IMG/VR virus record: IMGVR_UViG_3300025867_000005
DNA length: 64,000 nucleotides
Origin: a virus
Lineage: Duplodnaviria > Caudoviricetes
Strand: one strand, 5' to 3'
This document shows positions 37,583 through 47,209 of the stretch, piece by piece. The notes under the pieces are model-generated. The model saw nothing but the letters and a program-made list of their open reading frames with translations. It had not been told where the DNA came from and did no database searches. The first letter of the stretch is position 1, and each line of letters opens with the position of its first letter. The position numbers and the translations under genes were made by a program.

Positions 37583-37809
37583 TTTTCTGTGTGTTAGCGC
37601 GTCAAGTTGAGGGCGTGTCGCGGTTCAATTGTAAAAACTTGCGGTTTCCGGACTTTACTCCCGGACGAATGGAAGTTGCGTTCCAGACACACAGGATGTT
37701 TTAGAGGTTTGTTGGTCGAAAAACCATCCCCTGTGTTTATGTAAAGGCTGGGCATCTTTATTCCTTAAACCAGCGTGTCCCCTTGGGGAGCGCATAAAAG
37801 GAGAAAAGT

Positions 37810-38244
37810 ATGAACAATATGTTGCCGAATCTGTTTACAGACAGGGTGTTTAACGAGATGATGGAAGCTTTGGAAAGAAGCCCAAGCATTTATCATCAGG
37901 ATAGTTCGGGGTATCCCGTGGATATCGCCGAAAGAACTTCAGAAGAAGGAGTCGTCTTGTCATATGAGATTATCGTCGCCCTTGCCGGGATCAGGAAAGA
38001 AAATCTTGATGTCAGCATTGACGGTGATGAACTTACAATAATTGTCAGGAAGGCTTCTGAAACTGAAAGCAAGACAAGGAAAATCATTCAGAAGGGAATC
38101 AGCAGCCGTGCTATGGAATTGCGTTACAAGCTGAACGGAATAGACAAAGCAGGGATTAAGTCGTGCTTTAAAGACGGCTTGCTGAAAATCGAGCTTCCTC
38201 TTCAGGAAGAAGCGAAAGCTCAGAAAATCACAATCGAAGACTAA
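37810..38244 (+). CDS. small heat shock protein (Hsp20/alpha-crystallin)
   Basis: YPVDI, ALAGIRKENLDV, KGISSR, FKDGLLKIELP. Confidence 0.9.
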   Translation: MNNMLPNLFTDRVFNEMMEALERSPSIYHQDSSGYPVDIAERTSEEGVVLSYEIIVALAGIRKENLDVSIDGDELTIIVRKASETESKTRKIIQKGISSRAMELRYKLNGIDKAGIKSCFKDGLLKIELPLQEEAKAQKITIED

Positions 38245-38304
38245 AAACCCGGAATGAAGATGTGCCGTTAAGGTCTTTGCTTTTTAGACACAAGGGATGG
38301 TTTT

Positions 38305-38381
38305 GGCGGTGTGTCGCAATTGGCAGTCGAGGAACACTCAGAATGTTCTTGTTGTGGGTTCAAATCCCGCCACCGTCACCA
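38305..38381 (+). tRNA. tRNA-Leu(CAG), short variable arm
   Basis: cloverleaf, CCA. Confidence 0.88.
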
Positions 38382-38404
38382 CTTTTAAAACGGAAAGGAA
38401 AAAT

Positions 38405-38710
38405 ATGAAGAAACTAATTATTCTTTTGGTTCTGTTGTTAGGTCAGATGTCTGTTAGGGCTGATACGAACAGTACGGAAACCATTAACAATTACGGCATT
38501 ATCGCGACGAACCTGATAGATTTTTCGTATCTGTCTGTTACGAATGCATCTTTCAGTGGTGTTTATTATGATAGCCGAACGACTTTTACGAATGTGGAAT
38601 TCGTTGCCATAGATAATCGTTTCATGCTGAACCTGAATAGCAATCAGATGGAAATTGTCAAGGAAAGATTCCCTGGAAAAGTCTTTACGAATTCCATAAC
38701 CATCTATTGA
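38405..38710 (+). CDS. secreted hypothetical protein
   Basis: signal peptide MKKLIILLVLLLGQMSVRA. Confidence 0.65.
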   Translation: MKKLIILLVLLLGQMSVRADTNSTETINNYGIIATNLIDFSYLSVTNASFSGVYYDSRTTFTNVEFVAIDNRFMLNLNSNQMEIVKERFPGKVFTNSITIY

Positions 38711-38759
38711 ATGTGTGCCTCGACGGCTTCAAATCGTATTCAGAGAAATGATTTCAAAT

Positions 38760-38834
38760 GTTGGTATTAGCACAACGGTAGTGTGTCTGACTGTGAATCA
38801 GAAGAAGAGGGATCAGCACCCTCATGCCAACCCA
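38760..38834 (+). tRNA. tRNA-His(GTG)
   Basis: G-1:C73 8-bp acceptor, CCA. Confidence 0.88.
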
Positions 38835-38976
38835 ACAAATACGTCACAACACCTGTTAGACGTTAAAAAACAGAGTAAGCAAATAAACAGAAGACCTGTG
38901 CGCCTTAGGCTTAACGAATTCCGACGTTTTCTTCGTCGAAAATTCTGAACCATTCAAGAAATGAGGTTATAAATTC

Positions 38977-39573
38977 ATGGTTAAGTTCATTGATGATAAT
39001 GGAAAGGAATTCTTTTCCTGTTCTAGCGCAGAAGCCAGATTCGCGATTCAGTCGGTTAAAGAAAAGAGGGAAAAGATAGACCCTGCCGAAAGGGAATCGC
39101 AAAGAATAATTAGAGAAAGGGAATTCATTCTTTCCAAATATGCAGAAACCCCGGTAGAGAAAATTTCTTGTGAAAAGCCGTATATGGATGTAAACTTCTT
39201 TATTGACTGTAAGGTAGAGATCGAAAGTTTAGACAAGATAGTGACACAAATATTTATGCACCCATTTCAATATGCCAATCTTCTGAAGCGGGAAAGAGAT
39301 ATTTTAGAACTAGAGCGCCAAATAGATTTCACAAGAACAGGGATGGTGGCGAAACTTTGGAATTCGGAAATATATATTTCCCCAAAAATTCAAGAAGATG
39401 AACTTTACCTGGTTTCACTAGAGCCGGAAGAAGAATTCTTCGGAAAGAGATTCAAGATTGACAGGACAGAAGAAGTTGAAACCATTTCTTCGATTGAAGA
39501 CTATCTTGGAAAGGTAATCGAAGAATTAGAAGACAAGAGAAATGAAATCATGGCTTCTAAGTTAAATCGCTAA
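38977..39573 (+). CDS. hypothetical protein with major-capsid-like segment
   Basis: IFMHP..YA....RDILE.E.Q....TG..AKLW..EIYIS..EPE pattern. Confidence 0.55.
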   Translation: MVKFIDDNGKEFFSCSSAEARFAIQSVKEKREKIDPAERESQRIIREREFILSKYAETPVEKISCEKPYMDVNFFIDCKVEIESLDKIVTQIFMHPFQYANLLKRERDILELERQIDFTRTGMVAKLWNSEIYISPKIQEDELYLVSLEPEEEFFGKRFKIDRTEEVETISSIEDYLGKVIEELEDKRNEIMASKLNR

Positions 39574-39582
39574 ATCTTTACA

Positions 39583-39622
39583 AGAGCGGGGATTCCTTAC
39601 AGGGGTCTCCGCTTTTTTCTTT
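39583..39622 (+). terminator. rho-independent terminator
   Basis: AGCGGGGATTCC/GGGGTCTCCGCT plus T run. Confidence 0.75.
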
Positions 39623-39860
39623 TCCACCCTGTTGACAATCTGGGATGATTATGGTAAAGTGTCTGTATTGAAAGGAAGAAAAGGATGAACTTCAAATACA
39701 GAGTTGTTAAGGTCGGTGGCTTTCAGATCGGTTCTTATAAGACGAAGAAGGACGCAAAGAAAGCTATCCGTGGTTCAGAATACGGATTTTACCAGATCAT
39801 CAACAAGCTTTCGGGTCTTGCGGTTTGGGAAGGTTGGAACTGAAAAGAAAGGGAACCATT

Positions 39861-40115
39861 ATGTACGAAGATTATTCTGAAGCTGAAAGTCACGGTGGGA
39901 CGATGCACGGTGGCCTTTTTATTTCGGCAGACGAAATCCAGTGGATGGAAGAACTTGACAAACAGGAAATGGAAGATGATTTGAAACAGTGGGCTATCGA
40001 TAGCGCTAGGCGTGACATGCTTGCGCCGACTGTGTATGCATTGAACGGAAAGAAAATCTTCCGGAACATCTATACCGGAGACCTGTGTTTCGAGGATGGT
40101 TCGGAAGTAAATTAA
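39861..40115 (+). CDS. hypothetical protein
   Basis: RBS. Confidence 0.55.
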   Translation: MYEDYSEAESHGGTMHGGLFISADEIQWMEELDKQEMEDDLKQWAIDSARRDMLAPTVYALNGKKIFRNIYTGDLCFEDGSEVN

Positions 40116-40133
40116 AAAGAAAGTATGTAAGAA

Positions 40134-40325
40134 ATGTTTAAGTTTGTTCGTGGATTCATCGCGTTTGTTTTTGTCATGATTATTCTGACGTTCCTTGCAT
40201 ATGGCATCATCTTCTTCGGGGCGATCAGAATTATGTCTCCCGTAGTCAAGGATGCACAGCAGAACGGCCTTAAGGCGGTTGTCGATAAGGTTTGGTACGG
40301 AGAGGCTGGGAATACCAACCGGTAA
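40134..40325 (+). CDS. small membrane protein
   Basis: single TM segment. Confidence 0.6.
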   Translation: MFKFVRGFIAFVFVMIILTFLAYGIIFFGAIRIMSPVVKDAQQNGLKAVVDKVWYGEAGNTNR

Positions 40326-40356
40326 TTTTGATGGGCATGAGGTGTAACGGTTGCAT

Positions 40357-43300
40357 TGCGAGGAAAAGGGAGGCTAAAAAATCGTGACGAAAACTGTAAG
40401 GCTGACAGCGCCGCCCCGCTTTGGTACGCTTTGCCTATCAAAATATGCCGCAATGCGCTTGCGGTATCGAGTTTCAGGAATGCTTGAAGGCTTGACCGTC
40501 AAGGCAAGGGAGCGACATGAATCCGGTTGAACAGTATTTGAGTGACATGGGGGCGATTCGCTCGACTGGCGCGGGAACCGTGGAAACGTCCTACTACACC
40601 GCGCTTTCCACGCTCTTGAACGAGATCGGCAAGAAGCCAAGCCCGAAAGTCCGTTGCGTTATCCAGCTTCAGAACAAAGGCGCGGGCATGCCTGACGGCG
40701 GCATGTTCACCGCCGACCAGTTCAGAGGCAAAGCCGCCAAAGAGGACGCCGGGGCGAACCCGCTCAAAACCCTCCCGCCTTCCCGTGGCGTGATCGAAGT
40801 CAAATCCCCCGCCGAGGACATGGCGGACATCATCGAAAGCGAGCAAATCGCCCGCTATTGGGATCACTACGGCCTTGTTCTGGTCACGAATTACCGCGCT
40901 TTCACGCTGATCGGGCGCACGGCCACAGGTCACGCCGTGGAACTGGAAAGTTTCACGCTGGCCGCGACCGAGGCGGAATTCTGGAAACTGGCCGCGCACC
41001 CGCGCACCTGCCCCGCCGCCCTGCGCGAACGGTTCGCCGAATACCTATACCGCGCGATGACCCATAACGCCCCGCTGGCCTCGCCGCAGGACGTGGCCGC
41101 TATCCTCGCCTCCTATGCCCGTGACGCCAAGGCACGCATCGAACACGCCGACTTGCCCGCGCTGGCCGGATTGCGTGAAGCCCTGGAGCACGCCCTTGGT
41201 CTCAAATTCGAGGGCGATAAGGGCGAGCACTTCTTCCGCTCCACGCTGATTCAAACTCTCTTCTATGGCATTTTCTCAGCATGGGTGCTTTGGGCAAGGA
41301 AACGCAAGCCTGCCCCCGCCGCATCCGTCAAGGAAAAGAGCCTCAAATATGCGTTGAAAGAAACGGCAGCATCCTACCGCACGAACGCCAAGCAGTTTGA
41401 ATGGCGTTCAGCCGTGTGGCTCCTGCGCGTGCCGATGATCCGCGCACTATTCGGGCAGATTGCCACGCCGGAACGTCTCGGCCCCTTGGGGCTGGAAGAA
41501 GTCCTCGACTGGGCCGCGTCCGCCCTGAACCGCGTGGACGGCGACGCGTTCTTCACCGCCTTTGACGAGGGGCACGCCGTCCAGTACTTCTATGAGCCGT
41601 TCCTGCAAGAGTTTGACCCCGAGTTGCGCAAAGACCTTGGCGTATGGTACACGCCGACCGAGATCGTTGAATATCAGGTTGAGCGCGTGGATACCGTCCT
41701 GCGCGAAGAGCTGCACATTGCCGACGGGCTGGCCGACCCGCGCGTGATCGTCCTTGACCCGTGCTGCGGCACCGGGGCCTATGTGCGTGCTGTGCTGAAC
41801 CGCATCGCCAAGACGCTAGACGCCAAAGGCGGCGACGCGTTGAACGCGCAAGAAGTAAAAACCGCAGCGCTTGAACGCGTGTTTGGCTTCGAGATCCTGC
41901 CCGCGCCGTTCGTTATCGCCCATCTGCAAATCGGTCTGTTGCTGGAAACGCTCGGCGCACCGCTCATAGAGTCAAAAGAGCCCGACAAGAAGGCTGAACG
42001 CGTCGGCGTATACCTGACCAACTCCCTGACCGGCTGGGAGCCGCCCAAGGAGAAGCCCAAGCAACTGCTCCTCATGCCCGAACTCGAACAGGAGCGCGAC
42101 GCGGCCAACAACGTGAAACAGGGGAAGAAAATCATAGTCGTAATCGGCAACCCACCCTATAACGGTTTTGCGGGTGTCAGCCCCGAAGAGGAGAACGGGC
42201 TTGTAAATGCATATAAAGAAGGACTGAGTGATTGGGGCATAACCCGAAATTACCTCGATGACTTGTATGTGAGATTTTTCCGTTTGGCCGAAAAGCGTAT
42301 TACCGAGCACAGTGGTTTGGGAGTTGTGTCCTTCATTTCAAACTTCTCCTACCTCTCTGAACAGTCTTATGTGATTATGCGTCGTCGTTTCCTTGAAGAG
42401 TTCGACACACTCCGGTTCGACTGCCTTAACGGTGACAGTCGCGAGACTGGCAAACTGACACCGGATGGGAACCCCGACCCTTCAGTCTTCTCGACTCAAT
42501 GGAATCGTGAAGGTATTCGCGTTGGCACTGCCATCGGACTGATGGTCAAACACGATAATCGAAGTCAAAGCAAAGACAAGGCGAAAGTCTCGACTGAGCA
42601 TGGGACGGTTCGCTTCCGGCAATTCTGGGGAACGAAGAAACGCGAAGAACTACTTGCGAGCCTTGCATCCTCAAATTTTGATGCTCAATACGACATTTCA
42701 AGCCCCTCGCTTTCAAATCGTTGGAGTTTTCGACCGTCTGACGTTTCGGCCACATATTTGCAATGGTCCAACGTCGTTGATTTGAGTGCCGAGAAGCCTT
42801 TTCTTGGCTTAAACGAAAATAGAGGCGGCGATCTTCAGTGTATTGATAAGGATGCTTTACGGGCTAAGATTCAAGTCTACCTTGACCAAAATTTGTTGTG
42901 GGATGAATATGTTTCACCTTCTGCTGCGCTAACAAAGCCTGCCGCTGGGTTCAAACCTGAAAGTGTAAGGAAAAAAGTTCAGGCAGAAGAGCCTTTCTCG
43001 GAGGATCGCATTCAACGTTACTTGCGTAGACCATTCGATACTGTTTGGGCTTACATTTCGGACGTGAGCCCACTGTGGAATCGCTCTCGCCCCGAGTTGC
43101 GCACACACTTGGCGGGCAGCCAGAAGTGTTTCATAACACGTCCCTCATGTCCCGCTAATCCCGAGGGTATCCCAGTGCATATGACAAGGCTCGCAGGGGA
43201 GCAGGATTCAATACGTGGTCATGCGTACTATTTCCCTGTCAGACTGAAAAAGACCCAAAAGAAAAAAGTAGCCATGATGGGTGTGGAATCTGAAGAAGTG

Positions 43301-43633
43301 AAGCCCCGAAATGCGGAAGAGAAGTCTGACGAGTCCGCCAGAAGAGTATACCATAAACAGGAGGTACTCTTTGATGATGATGTTTCAACAGCCAACCTTT
43401 CCCCCGCCACGCTCTACTACCTCCCCGGCACATCCGGTTGGGACGCTCCCGCCGAACCGCTCCTCACATACGAACTCGTAAACGGAGAAATGACGATCAC
43501 GGGCGTAGACTCCTTCTTCACAGGCAATTCTTTGCCTATCCCGGAAAATCTTGCAGGCTACCCCGTTACCTCCATCGGCGACTACGCATTTTCCGACTGT
43601 GCATCCCTCACCTCTGTCAACATCCCCAGCGGC
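40357..43633 (+). mobile_element. GC-rich foreign (host-like) DNA insert
   Basis: abrupt GC and codon-usage shift; left edge truncates a tRNA-like 5' half (40333-40356). Confidence 0.7.
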
Positions 43634-43804
43634 GGATATAGTGACAATATGGGATGGCATAAAACTCAGAGTCATAATGCCCTATACAGGATTAAAAAGG
43701 GTTCATGGTACGGTAGTTGCCGGCCTCTTGTAGAATATCGTGGTGGCGTCAGTAGGAAACAAATGCTTGCGGATATCGAAAAGTTTTCAAAGAAAGGAAA
43801 TTAA
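40517..43804 (+). CDS. chimeric ORF: truncated type IIG/ISP-like RM enzyme (N6-adenine MTase) + BspA-type LRR fragment + phage C-terminus
   Basis: PDG..IEVK nuclease, WYTP, LDPCCGTG, GNPPY; then PVTSIGDYAFSDCASLTSVNIP. Confidence 0.8.
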   Translation: MNPVEQYLSDMGAIRSTGAGTVETSYYTALSTLLNEIGKKPSPKVRCVIQLQNKGAGMPDGGMFTADQFRGKAAKEDAGANPLKTLPPSRGVIEVKSPAEDMADIIESEQIARYWDHYGLVLVTNYRAFTLIGRTATGHAVELESFTLAATEAEFWKLAAHPRTCPAALRERFAEYLYRAMTHNAPLASPQDVAAILASYARDAKARIEHADLPALAGLREALEHALGLKFEGDKGEHFFRSTLIQTLFYGIFSAWVLWARKRKPAPAASVKEKSLKYALKETAASYRTNAKQFEWRSAVWLLRVPMIRALFGQIATPERLGPLGLEEVLDWAASALNRVDGDAFFTAFDEGHAVQYFYEPFLQEFDPELRKDLGVWYTPTEIVEYQVERVDTVLREELHIADGLADPRVIVLDPCCGTGAYVRAVLNRIAKTLDAKGGDALNAQEVKTAALERVFGFEILPAPFVIAHLQIGLLLETLGAPLIESKEPDKKAERVGVYLTNSLTGWEPPKEKPKQLLLMPELEQERDAANNVKQGKKIIVVIGNPPYNGFAGVSPEEENGLVNAYKEGLSDWGITRNYLDDLYVRFFRLAEKRITEHSGLGVVSFISNFSYLSEQSYVIMRRRFLEEFDTLRFDCLNGDSRETGKLTPDGNPDPSVFSTQWNREGIRVGTAIGLMVKHDNRSQSKDKAKVSTEHGTVRFRQFWGTKKREELLASLASSNFDAQYDISSPSLSNRWSFRPSDVSATYLQWSNVVDLSAEKPFLGLNENRGGDLQCIDKDALRAKIQVYLDQNLLWDEYVSPSAALTKPAAGFKPESVRKKVQAEEPFSEDRIQRYLRRPFDTVWAYISDVSPLWNRSRPELRTHLAGSQKCFITRPSCPANPEGIPVHMTRLAGEQDSIRGHAYYFPVRLKKTQKKKVAMMGVESEEVKPRNAEEKSDESARRVYHKQEVLFDDDVSTANLSPATLYYLPGTSGWDAPAEPLLTYELVNGEMTITGVDSFFTGNSLPIPENLAGYPVTSIGDYAFSDCASLTSVNIPSGGYSDNMGWHKTQSHNALYRIKKGSWYGSCRPLVEYRGGVSRKQMLADIEKFSKKGN

Positions 43805-43806
43805 AA

Positions 43807-44226
43807 ATGAAGATTACTCTTCTTCCAGATCAGCTTTTTGCACTTAGAATCTTGGGAAAAAACGGATACCGTCCCCATTTTTATTGGGATGTCGCTTCCC
43901 TTAACAAATGTCAGGAAGAAGTAGCAGTGCTTATTGTTGCTCTTCTCAGGAAACGGACTCTTAATTATTTCGGATTGAAATCGGAAGGTCTTGACTTTGA
44001 TATTGACGGAAATCCGATGGAAGAAACTTTCCAGAGATGGATGTCGGCTAGCAATTCCAAAAAATCAGTAGGAGTTCCAGACAAGGGATGGGATTTGTTT
44101 GTTAATTCCTTGCTGAATTCCGTGCCGAATCAACCCATGACTTCTTGGGTCGGAAGTGATAAGGAATTTCTTGCCGCTATTCAAAGCGTATGGGATGATA
44201 TTTTCTTTAACAAGAGAAGTCGGTAA
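43807..44226 (+). CDS. hypothetical protein
   Basis: RBS. Confidence 0.65.
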   Translation: MKITLLPDQLFALRILGKNGYRPHFYWDVASLNKCQEEVAVLIVALLRKRTLNYFGLKSEGLDFDIDGNPMEETFQRWMSASNSKKSVGVPDKGWDLFVNSLLNSVPNQPMTSWVGSDKEFLAAIQSVWDDIFFNKRSR

Positions 44227-44262
44227 TAAAACTTTATCTGATAGTCTTGTCAACTATCAGAT

Positions 44263-44724
44263 ATGCGCAAGAACTTCATCAGGTGTGACGGCGGCAGACG
44301 GGCAGCTGGGTTTAAAGGCATAACATGCGATTGTGTATGCCGCAGTATCGCTATCGTTACCGGTCGGCCTTATCTTGAAGTCTACAATGAGCTGAAAGTC
44401 CTTTGCAAAAAAGAACGAAGGCTTAAAACGAAACGTCGGTCTAGTCATAGGACAGGGATTCATACCGGGCATAAATGGTTTCGAGATTGGATGGTTTCTA
44501 AAGGTTTCATTTGGGTTAAATCAAGAAGGGGAAAACTTAATTTCAGCCAAAATAATCTTCCGATGGGAAGACTAATCGTGTTTATTGCGGTTCATGTACA
44601 TTACGCAGCGGTTATCGACGGAATCGTGTATGACACATGGAATCAATATATGGATGATGATAACACCATCTCAGGATATTGGGAATTTGATAGAAAAGAC
44701 GTATGTAAAGGAGTTGATAAATGA
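44263..44724 (+). CDS. hypothetical protein (papain-like C..H..D pattern)
   Basis: CDCVCRSIA..HYAAVIDG..YDTW. Confidence 0.65.
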   Translation: MRKNFIRCDGGRRAAGFKGITCDCVCRSIAIVTGRPYLEVYNELKVLCKKERRLKTKRRSSHRTGIHTGHKWFRDWMVSKGFIWVKSRRGKLNFSQNNLPMGRLIVFIAVHVHYAAVIDGIVYDTWNQYMDDDNTISGYWEFDRKDVCKGVDK

Positions 44725-45581
44725 ACTTTTCAATTGTGCCCGTACAAGAACAAAAACAAGGAAGGACAGATTTCTATCTGATCGCGGTTTCTCAAATAAA
44801 CAGAAGAACGGCTTATCAGTATGTCCACGATCCTTTACACAAAAACAAACCTGAAGGAAGTGGTTGGGAATCTACCGATTCCGGATGGAGCAAAGACAAA
44901 GGAGATCCTTCAGGCGCGAAAATGACATTCAGCCCGGAAGTAAATGTGCCGGTCTTCAACAAAGAAAAGACAGAAGAGAATATTAAAAACATGTCAGTCC
45001 ACATTTCTTCTGCGATTAAAGAAGTGCTCGGTAAAGAAGTAGGACACCGGCTTTCTTCACGTAAATCGGGTAGATATATGGAAGCGGGTGTTATTTATAA
45101 GGAAGCAAGTTTTTCTGTAGACATCAAAGACATTAATGAAGAACAGGCGGAGAAGATAGCTAGGAAAATAGCGGACAAGATGCAACAAAGTTCAGTCCTT
45201 GTTTTCAACAATGACACAAGAAAGGCGAATCTCGTATTCGCTTCCGGAAGAGAAAATGAAGATTTTGAGTTGACGCCGCAAAGCAAAGAATTTTTCCTAA
45301 AGTCTACCGGGAATAACAAACAGACGATTGATAAAATAGACGAAAGTGTCAGAGCTGCAATGGAAGGCAAGGTAACGGGTTGGACAACAAGGAAAATAAA
45401 ACAGACTAGCATCAGAATCGGGAAAGACAGTTACATCAATACAAGTCATGCCGTTTCTCTTCATGGAATTGAAGAAGAAGATGCAGAAAAAATTGCCAAG
45501 CACTTGACAACAACCTTTGGAACTGATATCCTTTGTGTTGATTTGAAAAACAGATCGAAGAAGATAATCAAGAAAGGTTAA
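44721..45581 (+). CDS. hypothetical protein (paralog of 13425-14423)
   Basis: YVHDPLHKNKPEGSGWESTDSGWS; MQQSSVL. Confidence 0.72.
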   Translation: MNFSIVPVQEQKQGRTDFYLIAVSQINRRTAYQYVHDPLHKNKPEGSGWESTDSGWSKDKGDPSGAKMTFSPEVNVPVFNKEKTEENIKNMSVHISSAIKEVLGKEVGHRLSSRKSGRYMEAGVIYKEASFSVDIKDINEEQAEKIARKIADKMQQSSVLVFNNDTRKANLVFASGRENEDFELTPQSKEFFLKSTGNNKQTIDKIDESVRAAMEGKVTGWTTRKIKQTSIRIGKDSYINTSHAVSLHGIEEEDAEKIAKHLTTTFGTDILCVDLKNRSKKIIKKG

Positions 45582-45586
45582 GACAC

Positions 45587-45826
45587 ATGAGAATTGTGAA
45601 AATTGGCGGCAAGTGGTATGTCAACCGCTGTGGAGGGGTTGGGATTCAGGGGAAAGAAGCACGAGATTCAGAATTCCGTGAATTTTGCCATTTGCGGCAG
45701 AATAAAGAAGGGTGTAATTGTCCACTTCTTAATGACAAGTTAGGAACCAAGTACTTTGGCAAAGAAGAAGATGTCATTGAAATTGAAGAAGATGTCGCGA
45801 TGGCATTGTTGCGAAATTGCCGATAG
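45587..45826 (+). CDS. hypothetical protein
   Basis: RBS. Confidence 0.55.
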   Translation: MRIVKIGGKWYVNRCGGVGIQGKEARDSEFREFCHLRQNKEGCNCPLLNDKLGTKYFGKEEDVIEIEEDVAMALLRNCR

Positions 45827-45899
45827 CTGATTCTATCTTGTGTCGCCGTGATTGATTTAGATAAGAAAAAGTTTTTATAATTAATTCTATTAGACACAT

Positions 45900-45975
45900 G
45901 CCCCTGTAGCTCAGTTGGAAGAGCGCGACGGTCCTAACGTTGAGGTCGCTGGTTCGAGCCCAGTCAGGGGTGCCA
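45900..45975 (+). tRNA. tRNA-Arg(CCT)
   Basis: cloverleaf, CCA. Confidence 0.9.
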
Positions 45976-45983
45976 ATTCAGAT

Positions 45984-46059
45984 GGAGATTTAGTTTAACT
46001 GGAAAAAACCGGAGAATCATAATCTCTTAATATCGGTTCGAGTCCGGTAGTCTCCACCA
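45984..46059 (+). tRNA. tRNA-Ile2/Met(CAT)
   Basis: cloverleaf, CCA. Confidence 0.85.
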
Positions 46060-46113
46060 GATCCACTGCTGGGAACAAAATGACAGCGCCTGTCTTGCGA
46101 TAGTAGGCAATAT

Positions 46114-46188
46114 TGCCCTATGGTGTAATTGGTAGCACGAAACGCTCTGGACGTTTAGGACTGGGATCGTACCCTGGTAGGGCAACCA
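46114..46188 (+). tRNA. tRNA-Gln(CTG)
   Basis: U1-A72, cloverleaf, CCA. Confidence 0.9.
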
Positions 46189-46195
46189 ACGCTAT

Positions 46196-46271
46196 GGCCC
46201 TGTGGTGTAATCGGCAAGCACATGACTCTTTGAAAGTCAAAGACAGAGATCGTACCTCTGCGGGGCTACCA
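46196..46271 (+). tRNA. tRNA-Gln(TTG)
   Basis: TGACT-CT-TTG-AA-AGTCA; CCA. Confidence 0.85.
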
Positions 46272-46496
46272 ATCGAGTATCACGCGGACTCATGAATAGA
46301 AAAGGAAGATATGAACACAGAAATACGTAAAGCATATGTCGAAGGCTGTGTAGACGAAATGAGTTTCTTTAAGCGCTTGGAAAAAGCAATGAAGGAAGAT
46401 TCTCAACCAGAAGAATATGAATTGGGTACAGATATCCATGATTTAGATATCAATCCAGATACGCTTAAGTTTTGATTTGAAAGGAAACAAAACAGA

Positions 46497-46694
46497 ATGT
46501 TCAAACAAAACGAAGCAGTGAAGTATACCTGTGGAAGTTTTTGCGGAGAAGGGATTATTGTCGGAATCTGCGCAATTGAACAGCCAGTGATCGGAGCCAA
46601 TTACATCATTCAGGATTTGTCTGAAAACTTTCCTAATGATGTATATCCGTATAGTCACATCTCTTGTTCCGAATGTTGGCTAACAAAGGTCTGA
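46497..46694 (+). CDS. hypothetical protein
   Basis: RBS. Confidence 0.55.
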   Translation: MFKQNEAVKYTCGSFCGEGIIVGICAIEQPVIGANYIIQDLSENFPNDVYPYSHISCSECWLTKV

Positions 46695-46695
46695 A

Positions 46696-47145
46696 ATGAA
46701 CATCAGTCTTAAAAATGACGCCGAAGCTTGGAAATTCCTTATTGAAATGGGTGGGGACTTCCGTATTCACACCAATAGAAACGGATTGAAGGTTTACATC
46801 TGTGTTTTAAACAGGAAGTATTCTGGCTACTACAAGTACTTCAGAAGGCGCTGGGATCTTTCGTCAAAACCAGACAAAAATAGTTGTGCCACTAGACCGG
46901 CATATATCCATCAAGAAGATATTGTTGAATTTCCGAATGGATATCAAAATTCTATTTCTGGGAAGACTCTTGTTGAAATCGTAAATGCACACATTAAGAA
47001 CATGTCGGGAAATATTTATGTCCCAGAAGGCGATTTTGAAGATTTTGAAAAACAGATTCAAGAAGACAAAGCCCGTCATGACTGGACACTTGAATTTAAA
47101 GGGTCTTTAGAAGATTTTAAAAAGCTAAGCGAAACTTGTTCTTGA
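46696..47145 (+). CDS. hypothetical protein
   Basis: coupled ORF. Confidence 0.65.
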   Translation: MNISLKNDAEAWKFLIEMGGDFRIHTNRNGLKVYICVLNRKYSGYYKYFRRRWDLSSKPDKNSCATRPAYIHQEDIVEFPNGYQNSISGKTLVEIVNAHIKNMSGNIYVPEGDFEDFEKQIQEDKARHDWTLEFKGSLEDFKKLSETCS

Positions 47146-47209
47146 CCTATTGACATCCTAACCCGTATTTGCTATATTGTCTTCATTCAAGGAAGCAAAG
47201 GAGTAGACG

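Noticed and set aside
24048-38900. tmRNA, RNase P RNA or rRNA
   Set aside because: No GAGGAAAGTCC core, tmRNA termini or rRNA signature found by eye; an Rfam scan is needed to exclude divergent forms
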